DNA from: Acidobacteriota bacterium | GTDB lineage: Bacteria > Acidobacteriota > UBA6911 > JACQSX01 | DNA length: 16,748 nt | Reading direction: 5' to 3' | Assembly (NCBI GenBank): GCA_036507075.1 | Contig: DASXQR010000204.1 | Coordinates: 1 to 16,748 of the forward strand | Part shown: positions 9,419 to 16,748 of the stretch, in pieces | How positions within the stretch are numbered: position 1 is the stretch's first letter | Layout of the letters: every line of letters starts with the position of its first letter | The notes under the pieces: generated by a model | Told to the model about the DNA's origin: nothing | The model's input: the letters and a program-made list of their open reading frames with translations, nothing else | Databases searched by the model: none | Position numbers and translations under genes: made by a program

Positions 9419-9513
9419 TGCGGCGTTGCTCGTGAGGGTGTGGCAGAGACCGAGGATTTGCTTGCCTTTGTGACTTTGTGGCAAATTGAAGATATCGTGG
9501 TAGCCATTGGCCA

Positions 9514-9519
9514 TATAAT
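9514..9519 (+). promoter_or_regulatory. Putative -10 box TATAAT for the HEPN-MNT operon
   Basis: Perfect consensus 8 nt before ATG 9528; no SD; no clear -35 at canonical spacing. Confidence 0.55.
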
Positions 9520-9527
9520 CTTGTGGC

Positions 9528-9917
9528 ATGGGCAACCGATATCTGGATTGGTTTCGACAGGCTGAAGCGGATCTGAGACACGCTCAGAATGCACTGCAGA
9601 CAGGGGACTTTGAATGGAGCTGTTTTGCGGCGCAGCAGTCGGCCGAAAAAGCTCTTAAGGCAGTCTACCAGAAAAAGGGGATGGATGCCTGGGGTCACAC
9701 CGTAACGGTGCTGGTGGGAAACCTCCCGGCTTCAATCCGACCTCCCGACAATCTTTTGGACCTGGCCAAAGTGCTGGATAAGCACTACATTCCGAGCCGT
9801 TATCCAAACGGTTTCGAATCGGGGGCGCCGACTGACTTTTACACCAGGCAGGAAGCCGAAAGTGCTATTGCGTATGCAAAGGAGATCGTCAACTTCTGTC
9901 GTCATCAAATCGATTGA
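9528..9917 (+). CDS. HEPN domain protein
   Basis: 129 aa; W...AEADL..A, WSCFAAQQSAEKALKA, GHTV, LDKHYIPSRYPN; adjacent to an MNT gene. Confidence 0.92.
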   Translation: MGNRYLDWFRQAEADLRHAQNALQTGDFEWSCFAAQQSAEKALKAVYQKKGMDAWGHTVTVLVGNLPASIRPPDNLLDLAKVLDKHYIPSRYPNGFESGAPTDFYTRQEAESAIAYAKEIVNFCRHQID

Positions 9918-10236
9918 TCGGGAGGCTGTCAGAAAAGCCGTCGAGGCTTACGCAGCAGAGCTGAGGGCATCCTGCCCTGAAGTTGAACGGGTCATTTGGT
10001 TTGGTTCCTGGATAAATGGTCTGCCCCGTCCCGGCAGCGACGTGGACCTGTGCCTGATTCTTTCGTCGGCCGCCGACCAGCCGAGAGATCGCATCAGCAG
10101 GTATCTACCCAAACATTCCTTTCCCGTCGGAATCGACCTGTTTCCGTACACCCGCGACGAGTTCGAGCGCCTGGGGCAAGACTCGCCAAAGTGGTACGCG
10201 ACGATCACTTCAGGATTGGAGTTCAGGCTTGACTAG
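9874..10236 (+). CDS. Minimal nucleotidyltransferase (MNT), partner of HEPN
   Basis: VIWFGSW..G..RPGSDVDL motif and a later IDLFPYT..E. ATG 9874 is preferred over GTG 9862; it overlaps the HEPN 3' end by 44 nt. Confidence 0.9.
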   Translation: MQRRSSTSVVIKSIDREAVRKAVEAYAAELRASCPEVERVIWFGSWINGLPRPGSDVDLCLILSSAADQPRDRISRYLPKHSFPVGIDLFPYTRDEFERLGQDSPKWYATITSGLEFRLD

Positions 10237-10390
10237 CCACGAATGGAGCCACGAATTTCACGAATTTCACGAATTTCGAAGGCATGCAAGAGAGTAGAAA
10301 AGCGCCGGTCGTCGGAAGGGACAAAACTTGACACCCACTCCGATGGGTCAATTCGCGAAATTCGTGAAATTCGTGGCTCAATTCGTGGCT
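10235..10390. repeat. Inverted repeat of CACGAATT micro-repeats (element C): 41-bp arms and a 74-bp spacer
   Basis: 10235-10275 agccacgaatggagccacgaatttcacgaatttcacgaatt versus the reverse complement of 10350-10390, with 2 mismatches. It fills the gap between two convergent stop codons. Confidence 0.93.
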
Positions 10391-11724
10391 CACCGTCCCC
10401 GGGAAACGCGTATTTTTTCCGAGCTTACGGTTTGAATCGTGACTTTCGGCTCCAGACGCGCCAGGCCGATGAATTCCGGCGTCGTCGGCAGCACCCGGAA
10501 ATCGAGCACATTGTCAATCCAGTCCCGGCAATCCTCAAAATGATCGCGATCAGAATGGACAGCCACCGTAAGAAAGTAATCGCCGGGCCCAAGGTTCATC
10601 TGCATCCCGAAGTCGACCACCAGCAGCTCCTCCGGTTCGACTCTGATCCTGCACCTATGATAGTAGGTGTTGGTGCCAAACACATCGTTCCCCAGCCTGT
10701 CTCTCAGCAGGATCCCGATGGTGGGATTTTCCATCGTCTCATGGAACAAAACCTGCAGTCTTATGGTTCCCTGGTCGCCGGAGACGATCGCCCGAGCCTT
10801 CTGCCCATTCGAATTGAGCAACTCGACCAGCTTGATCTCCGACGTGAAACTGCCATAGCGCCGGTGTTGTCTGGCCGCGTCCTGTTCGCGCTCAAACTCG
10901 CCGGACCGGAATTTGAGCTGATCGCCGGACGATTTTTGCGCCAGCAGCGCGATATAGTCCTCGGTAATCTTTGCCGGCGGGCCGTCAGCCAGCAGCTCGC
11001 CCTGGTCCAGCAGCAGGGCGCGGCCGCACAGGGTGCGAACCGAGGACATGTCGTGGGAAACAAAAAGAATGGTCGCTCCCTGCTTCTGAAACTCAATCAA
11101 CCGGCGGATGCATTTCTGCTGGAACAGCGCGTCTCCGACAGCCAGCGCCTCATCGACAAGCAGGATCTCCGGATCGACGCACACGGCCGTGGCGAAGGCC
11201 AGGCGCACCCACATCCCTGAAGAATAGGTCTTAAGGGGCCGATCGATGAAATCCTTCAATCCCGAGAACTCTACAATCCTGCCAAAACGGTCATCAATCT
11301 CCTCGCGCGTAAAGCCCATCAGCGAAGCGTTCAAGTAGACATTCGAGCGGCCCGTAAATTCCGGATGGAATCCGGTTCCGAGCTCGATCAGGGAGCTGAC
11401 GCGGCCTGAAATCTCGACCTTCCCGCTACTGGGAAGCATCAGCCGGCAGAGTATCTTCAGCAGCGTGCTTTTTCCCGATCCATTCTGTCCCACCACCCCA
11501 ATCGTGGAGCCTCGGATCACCTGAAACGAGAGATTACGAAGCGCCCAAAAATCGACGCGGTACTTTCGTCTTCCGGCGTGCAGCAGCTCCCGGATACGGT
11601 CTCCGGGACGCCTGTAGATTCGAAAAATCTTGACCAGCCGTTCCACCAGGATACTAGTGTCCGGCGGCGCCTTCTTTGGCTCTTCGCGCTCGCTGCGGTC
11701 AGAGTTCGTCAATGAATCTTCCAT
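10390..11724 (-). CDS. wzt: Polysaccharide ABC transporter ATP-binding protein with a C-terminal carbohydrate-binding (Wzt_C) domain
   Basis: Walker A GQNGSGKST, GTGFHPEFTGRSN, YSSGM signature, ILLVDEALAVGD..FQQKC, VSHD, followed by the RYGS... beta domain. Start most likely ATG 11724, overlapping the end of wzm. Confidence 0.93.
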   Translation of the reverse strand: MEDSLTNSDRSEREEPKKAPPDTSILVERLVKIFRIYRRPGDRIRELLHAGRRKYRVDFWALRNLSFQVIRGSTIGVVGQNGSGKSTLLKILCRLMLPSSGKVEISGRVSSLIELGTGFHPEFTGRSNVYLNASLMGFTREEIDDRFGRIVEFSGLKDFIDRPLKTYSSGMWVRLAFATAVCVDPEILLVDEALAVGDALFQQKCIRRLIEFQKQGATILFVSHDMSSVRTLCGRALLLDQGELLADGPPAKITEDYIALLAQKSSGDQLKFRSGEFEREQDAARQHRRYGSFTSEIKLVELLNSNGQKARAIVSGDQGTIRLQVLFHETMENPTIGILLRDRLGNDVFGTNTYYHRCRIRVEPEELLVVDFGMQMNLGPGDYFLTVAVHSDRDHFEDCRDWIDNVLDFRVLPTTPEFIGLARLEPKVTIQTVSSEKIRVSRGR

Positions 11725-12511
11725 AAAACCGGGTGTAAACACGGTAGCCGAGAACGAAGGCGAGCGTGGACAGAAACACGAAGATTGCGAAGCCGTGCAG
11801 CTCGGGCACGCCATTATTCAACAGGATATGGCGGTAAATATTTGCCGCATAGGCGAGTGGATTGACGTAAAGAACAAACTGTAACTGCGGGGGAATGATA
11901 TGGCTAGGATAAAAGATCGGCGTCAGGTAAAGCCACAGCATCAGCAGCACGCTCACTAGCTGAGCCGTGTCCCTGAAGAAGACATGGAAAGTACAGAAGA
12001 CAAATCCCAGCCCCAGGCTGAACAGCATGGCAAAGAACGCCATGGGAACGATCAGCGGAAGCAGGTAGGGAAACCGGCCCCACAAGACAACGATGGCCGC
12101 CGTCAGAATGCCCAATCCGATAAACTGTGTAAATAGGGACGCAAAGGCGATTGAAAACTGAATCGACTTGGCTGGAAAACGCAGATTCTTGACCAGCGAG
12201 GCATTTTCTGTAATCGAAGTGGTGCATCGCTGCACCGTTTCCTGAAATGAGAGCCACGGCAGCATTCCGCAGAAAAGGAAAATGGCAAAGTTCGCTGTTC
12301 CGCCCCCTTCGTTGAAGCGAACCTTCAAAATATAAGAAAACACGTACGTGTAGACGGCCAGAGTGATCACCGGATGGATCACCGACCAGAACAGGCCCAT
12401 GGCCGATCCCACGTAGCGCGAGCGCACTTCGCGGGCGACCAGTTGCCCAATCAGACCCCACTGTTTGGCAATCCGCGCCCAGGCTAACCTTCGATCCAGC
12501 GACAAGTCCAT
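11699..12511 (-). CDS. wzm: Polysaccharide ABC transporter permease
   Basis: RSRYVGSAMGLFWSVIHP, FLFCGMLPW, FFRD, YLTPIFYP, NPL motifs. ATG 12511 is preferred over GTG 12529, which overlaps the -10 box. Confidence 0.93.
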   Translation of the reverse strand: MDLSLDRRLAWARIAKQWGLIGQLVAREVRSRYVGSAMGLFWSVIHPVITLAVYTYVFSYILKVRFNEGGGTANFAIFLFCGMLPWLSFQETVQRCTTSITENASLVKNLRFPAKSIQFSIAFASLFTQFIGLGILTAAIVVLWGRFPYLLPLIVPMAFFAMLFSLGLGFVFCTFHVFFRDTAQLVSVLLMLWLYLTPIFYPSHIIPPQLQFVLYVNPLAYAANIYRHILLNNGVPELHGFAIFVFLSTLAFVLGYRVYTRFYGRFIDEL

Positions 12512-12519
12512 GGTTTGCG

Positions 12520-12528
12520 AGTATAACA
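12520..12528 (-). promoter_or_regulatory. Putative extended -10 promoter TGTTATACT for wzm-wzt
   Basis: 8 nt upstream of ATG 12511, no SD; identical to 9410-9418. Confidence 0.55.
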
Positions 12529-12568
12529 CGCCCGTTGCTCGTCATCAGTCGGTCGTCGCTCGTCATCG

Positions 12569-12760
12569 GTCTTTCAGTCTTTCAGTCTTTCAGTCTCTCA
12601 GTCTTTCAGTCTTTCAGTCTTTCAGTCTTTCAGTCTTTCAGTCTTTCAGTCTTTCAGTCTTTCAGTCTCTCAGTCTGTCAGTCTGTCAGTCTGTCAGTCT
12701 CCCAGTCGCTCAGTCTTTCAGTCGCTCAGTCGTTTAGTCGCTCAGTCGTTTAGTCGTCTA
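12569..12760. repeat. 8-bp tandem repeat (GTCTTTCA consensus), 24 units including degenerate ones; part of asymmetric palindrome D (12537-12822)
   Basis: Units gtctttca/gtctctca/gtctgtca/gtcgctca/gtcgttta stay in exact 8-bp register. A short reverse-complement arm gactaagagactgagaaaccgatgactgatgac begins at 12774. Confidence 0.95.
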
Positions 12761-12822
12761 AGTATTTTGGGTGGACTAAGAGACTGAGAAACCGATGACT
12801 GATGACCAATGACTAATCAGAC

Positions 12823-14151
12823 TTACCGCAGATAACCGAGGGATTTGAGGCGGGCTACCAGTTCCGGATTTAGATTCGCAGGATTCCTGTTGCCTTTGCT
12901 GTGAGCGAGGCAATAGCCAAACCAGCGGGTAAAGACCGACTCGAGCGCCGCGAGCCTGGCGGCGTTTTTTCCAGACACGCGGTTCCGAGCAATCCCCTTT
13001 TTCTCGAGAGGATCTTTATGCAGGTCAAAAAATTCGACATCTTCTCCTCTCAGATCTCGAATCATTTTTGTGTCGGCATCCCTCACACAGTAAGTTTCCC
13101 CTGTCTGGCCAAACGCATAAGGGCGTGGTTTTCCAAACAGCGACTGCCCTTGAACGAATTCCGGGAGTGATACGTGCGCGAGTTCGGCAAGCGTCGGAAA
13201 TACGTCTACCGTCTGAGCTAATCTATCGCTTCTCTTGGGTTTCAACCTCGCGGGGTAGTGAAAAATTAACGGCACACGCAGCATTTCATCGTAAACGGTG
13301 CTGTTGTGGCTCATCTTTCCATGCTCGCCGAAAGCTTCACCATGGTCCGCCAGAATCACCACGATGGTGCGATCCAGCACACCCTTGGTCCGCAATAGGC
13401 GAATTACCTTGCCTACTTCGAGATCCACAGTACGGAGTCCAGCGTCGTAATCGGCCTCTATTTCCGACCTGAATTCGGGCGTCAACTTTATCGTGCCCTG
13501 ATCGATAGCAACCAGATCATGCGCCCATGATTTTCCGGAGCGGCCAAAGATGGCGCGTACATCCTCTGGGGCATCATAGGGCTCATGCGGGCGCAGATAG
13601 TGGATGTATCCAAAAAACGGCTCCGCAGTTTCGTTGAGTTGCTGAGCAAATTGTTCTGTGACGGCTGAAGCTCGGTCGGTGCCGTAATCGACATTGTTCA
13701 GACACGAATCAAATCCTCGATCCAGTCCGAACGCGGGCTCAAGAAAGGGATTATTCCCAGTAAGGAGAGTACGGTAACCGGCCTTTCGGAAACTTTCAGC
13801 CATGGTGGGAGCCTCACGAGATAATCGGTTTCCGAGGCCCAGGACTTGATGGACATCCGGGTAGAGGCCGGTGAACAGCGAAGCCGTCGAGGCCACCGTG
13901 TAAGGCGCTACGGCAAGTGCCGCGGTGAAGACCTCGCTCTGCCTGCAGATCTGGTCGATTTCAGGAGTGGTGGGGCGGGGATATCCAAAGAATCCAATGT
14001 GGTCCGCCCTTGCCGCGTCCAAAACAACAATCAGCACATTGGGGAGGCCGGCAGTCTTCGGGTCGGGGAAGCGGGAAGTTTCAGCCGGACCCGCAAGTGC
14101 TATTCCAAACAGAACAAAAAGGGAAAACGTCAGGCCCCTTTTAGCTTTCAT
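12823..14151 (-). CDS. Secreted sulfatase-like / alkaline-phosphatase-superfamily protein
   Basis: 442 aa; signal peptide; PNVLIVVLDAARADH, PYTVASTASLFTGLYP, HYLRPHEPY, ADHGEAFGEHG, RVPLI, C-terminal LKSLGY. Confidence 0.9.
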   Translation of the reverse strand: MKAKRGLTFSLFVLFGIALAGPAETSRFPDPKTAGLPNVLIVVLDAARADHIGFFGYPRPTTPEIDQICRQSEVFTAALAVAPYTVASTASLFTGLYPDVHQVLGLGNRLSREAPTMAESFRKAGYRTLLTGNNPFLEPAFGLDRGFDSCLNNVDYGTDRASAVTEQFAQQLNETAEPFFGYIHYLRPHEPYDAPEDVRAIFGRSGKSWAHDLVAIDQGTIKLTPEFRSEIEADYDAGLRTVDLEVGKVIRLLRTKGVLDRTIVVILADHGEAFGEHGKMSHNSTVYDEMLRVPLIFHYPARLKPKRSDRLAQTVDVFPTLAELAHVSLPEFVQGQSLFGKPRPYAFGQTGETYCVRDADTKMIRDLRGEDVEFFDLHKDPLEKKGIARNRVSGKNAARLAALESVFTRWFGYCLAHSKGNRNPANLNPELVARLKSLGYLR

Positions 14152-14410
14152 CTAAATACCAGATTAATTTGAACCGTCTGTTAAAGTCAGTGCCACTCCG
14201 GCCGCATTCCCCCCAAAGGTCTGCCGGCCTTATCCTGATCACTCAACAGAACTTGAATCGACCGATCAGAAGGCCTGGGCTTCGCCCAATCAGATGACAA
14301 CCAATCCGGAAAAAGGTTTACATAAAAAAAAGACGACGACATGCGAGTCAGGACCAAGAAGCCGTACCAGAGGAACCGTCGCGCCGCCTAAACGCTGCCG
14401 CGCCGCCATA

Positions 14411-14436
14411 GTAGAGACGCCCCACTGGGGCGTCTC
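14411..14436 (+). repeat. GTAG-type REP-like hairpin
   Basis: GTAGAGACGCCCCACTGGGGCGTCTC: a GTAG tetramer leading into a perfect 10-bp stem with a 3-nt loop; intergenic. Confidence 0.65.
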
Positions 14437-14711
14437 CTTGCCGATGGAAGTTGTGCAGGACACTGCTGACAAGATTCAGTCATGCGTGCGACCGTATTAT
14501 TTCTTCGGCGGGCTACCAGGCGAGGGCTTAAAAACGATGGTCAGCGAGAGTCGAAAGTCCTGAAGCAGCGGCGCATCCGCCGCCGGAGTAGGATGAATGA
14601 TCGAGGTTAACCTTGCGTTGGTCCGCGCCAATTCACGGCGCTAATCTCTCCAAAAAAGCTTTACATAGAGAAACAACGAAGCCAGGCAAATCGCGCTGAA
14701 ACTCTTTTCCA

Positions 14712-16688
14712 TCATTTCTGCCACCGGTAATCGCGCACTTGAACACCTAAATCTCGCCAGTCTCCGGACCCAAATTCAATCTTGGGATTCCAGGTGCGGC
14801 TGGAAACAATCGAGATGTCTGCTTTGGGTTTCAGAACAGCGAATTGCAGTTCATGCCATTCGGGCGCGGTGAGAAGAGCTTCTTTTTCCTGCCCGTTCAC
14901 CTTGACGTAAACTTTAAGCGGCACTCGGAAGATGTCCGGGTTCGTTGCCCGTATCGACAGCGATAGCCGGGTCCCCTGAGCCGGCACCTGTTCGACCGCA
15001 GCCCGTCGAGTCCACCGCAACGGATATCCTTCGGCGGAATCAACGCCGAAAAAACCTTCCGACCAGTTATCCATCTGGCGTGACATTCCCGTAGCCAGCG
15101 CGCCCACTGTCAGCAGAAGCCCCAGAACACCCATCAGGTATTTGGCGCGCCGCGGTATTGGAACCGGCCGGTTGGAGGGCTTTGGAGCCAGAGCCAGAAT
15201 TGTTCCCGCTATCAGCCAGAAAAGCAGCGCGACTTCAGGAACGAGCAGCGGATGACCGGTTAGCGAGGTAACAATGAAGATCAACAGACTGGCTGTCAGG
15301 CAACGTCCAAGCCACCGGGTCCCGGGGTCTTCAAGCTTCTGTGTCCGCCATGCAGCGGCAAAGAGCGATACAAAGAACGCGAGACACAGGGCGCATCCGA
15401 CAAGACCCAACTCCGCGCCGACTTGAAGAAAATAATTGTGCGCGTGAGCTGCAGGTGGGTCATACCCCGGTTGGGGCGGCAGCCCCAGCTTTGTTCGCCA
15501 CCATGGGTACTGATAGTAAAGATTAGCGGGCCCGATCCCACTCAGGGGCTCATTCAGCATCGCCAGGCCGGCGACCTTCCAGACGGTAAAACGACCTAGC
15601 TCGAAGTATCGAACAAAGGCCGAGGGCGTAAATGTCGTAACTCGATCATGAACCTGCCTGGCAAAATAAATGGCATCTCTTTCGGGGAAGAGCAGGCCGA
15701 CGCTGCGGAAGAAAAAATACAGCGTCAAAAGCGCCACAACCATCTTCCCGTAGTTTGCCCGCCAGAAGGGCCATTGCAACACGTTTTTTATCCGCTTGAG
15801 CGCCGGTAAAACGAGCCACAATGCTGCAACAGCCACCGCGACCATTCCGGAAAGAGAGAGCGAGCTGAGGGCAGCGAATATCAACAATAAACCAGCCGCC
15901 ACGGCTGAATAACTCAATAACAGCCGTCTGAATTGGCCTGCCACGCCCACACCGACCAGCCCGGCAGCCGCAGCGAATGTAGCGAATGAATTCCGGTCGG
16001 GGAAGTTTGCTTGAAAAAAAGGCTCCGTAAAGCCTCCCATGAATTCGTAAGAAAATCGAAGAGAGGCGGACAAGACCAGGACCATGAAAAGCCAAACGAG
16101 AGTCTTGCGTTCGGCCTGCGCCACAATCCACATCAAGCCAATCCCGGTGGCCAGAAGAATGGCGTCAGGCACCGATGCGTATACCGTTCCCGGAAAGTGC
16201 CAAATAGAGAGTGCGGATTCATGCAGACCTGCCAGCACCAGGCGTAAACTTGAATGCTTTCCCAACCACAGCATCAGAGCGATACCCGAAACGCCCAGCC
16301 AGGCCAGCCACAAAAGGGAGAAAAGAACTGGCGTCTCAAGACTTGAAAGACCGCGCTTCTTGAGAAAACCGATGGATAGCAAACCAAACACTAATGTTTC
16401 TGCAATTGAGAAAAAGGGTACACCGGAGTCCTGTGGCGCTGTGACGTGCAGCGGAAGGTTGGCGGCGAAGAATAGAAGTCCGACCCTGAAATCGACAAGA
16501 GTGATTAGCAACTGCGCTATTGCAAGCGCTCGGTACCACCAGGAGAGATACGGTGTCGAACAGGCGAATCGGATAACCAGCAGAAAAAAGAAACTGGCAA
16601 GCAGGAAACGCGCGGCAGGAAGCAGACGAATACGAGTGCCTGAATGAGAATCGCTGCGAAGAGGAGAAGAATGTGAAGCACCTTCCAA
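14712..16688 (-). CDS. O-antigen ligase / O-oligosaccharyltransferase family (Wzy_C) membrane protein with a C-terminal beta domain
   Basis: 658 aa multi-TM; F.DRNSFA, GRFTVWKVA..ML.EPLSGIGPANL, HAHNYFLQVGAELGLVG. The TTG start at 16688 is uncertain. Confidence 0.87.
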   Translation of the reverse strand: MEGASHSSPLRSDSHSGTRIRLLPAARFLLASFFFLLVIRFACSTPYLSWWYRALAIAQLLITLVDFRVGLLFFAANLPLHVTAPQDSGVPFFSIAETLVFGLLSIGFLKKRGLSSLETPVLFSLLWLAWLGVSGIALMLWLGKHSSLRLVLAGLHESALSIWHFPGTVYASVPDAILLATGIGLMWIVAQAERKTLVWLFMVLVLSASLRFSYEFMGGFTEPFFQANFPDRNSFATFAAAAGLVGVGVAGQFRRLLLSYSAVAAGLLLIFAALSSLSLSGMVAVAVAALWLVLPALKRIKNVLQWPFWRANYGKMVVALLTLYFFFRSVGLLFPERDAIYFARQVHDRVTTFTPSAFVRYFELGRFTVWKVAGLAMLNEPLSGIGPANLYYQYPWWRTKLGLPPQPGYDPPAAHAHNYFLQVGAELGLVGCALCLAFFVSLFAAAWRTQKLEDPGTRWLGRCLTASLLIFIVTSLTGHPLLVPEVALLFWLIAGTILALAPKPSNRPVPIPRRAKYLMGVLGLLLTVGALATGMSRQMDNWSEGFFGVDSAEGYPLRWTRRAAVEQVPAQGTRLSLSIRATNPDIFRVPLKVYVKVNGQEKEALLTAPEWHELQFAVLKPKADISIVSSRTWNPKIEFGSGDWRDLGVQVRDYRWQK

Positions 16689-16748
16689 TCTTTGTTTCCA
16701 CCCTATGGATTTCGTCGTCTGTGCCAGGGCGCTTTGGCGAAAGGTGAA

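Noticed and set aside
9400..9594. N-terminal extension of the 522-aa methyltransferase ORF
   Set aside because: Overlaps the HEPN gene and both putative promoters; ATG 9399 is more plausible.
10243..11220. 325-aa plus-strand ORF beginning MEPRISRISRIS
   Set aside because: Starts inside repeat element C and is antisense to wzt; the RIS/REI repeats just translate the DNA repeat.
12465..12753. ORFs with SLSVFQSF repeats
   Set aside because: Translation products of the 8-bp tandem repeat.

Overview
Bacterial cell-surface glycan locus (taxon not determinable; some features are Acidobacteriota-like, low confidence). Minus strand, right to left: O-antigen ligase/O-oligosaccharyltransferase-family gene, sulfatase-like gene, wzm, wzt, coiled-coil SAM methyltransferase, fused GT2-GT4 glycosyltransferase, and a secreted matrixin-type Zn-metalloprotease with DUF4214-like repeats. 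A HEPN-MNT pair on the plus strand interrupts this run. The left end holds a divergent pair: an ArnT/PMT-like GT-C gene running off the window (absent from the ORF track) and a methyltransferase plus GT-C operon. The most striking non-coding feature is a set of micro-repeat palindromes at gene 3' ends. Three are built from a 9-bp CACGAATTN unit (3963-3999, 6080-6214, 10235-10390) and one from 7/8-bp GTCATCA/GTCTTTCA units (12537-12822). They overlap or abut stop codons, one is bounded by a 10-bp direct repeat, and together they divide the locus into cassette-like blocks. A lone GTAG-type REP-like hairpin and several leaderless-looking -10 boxes are also present.
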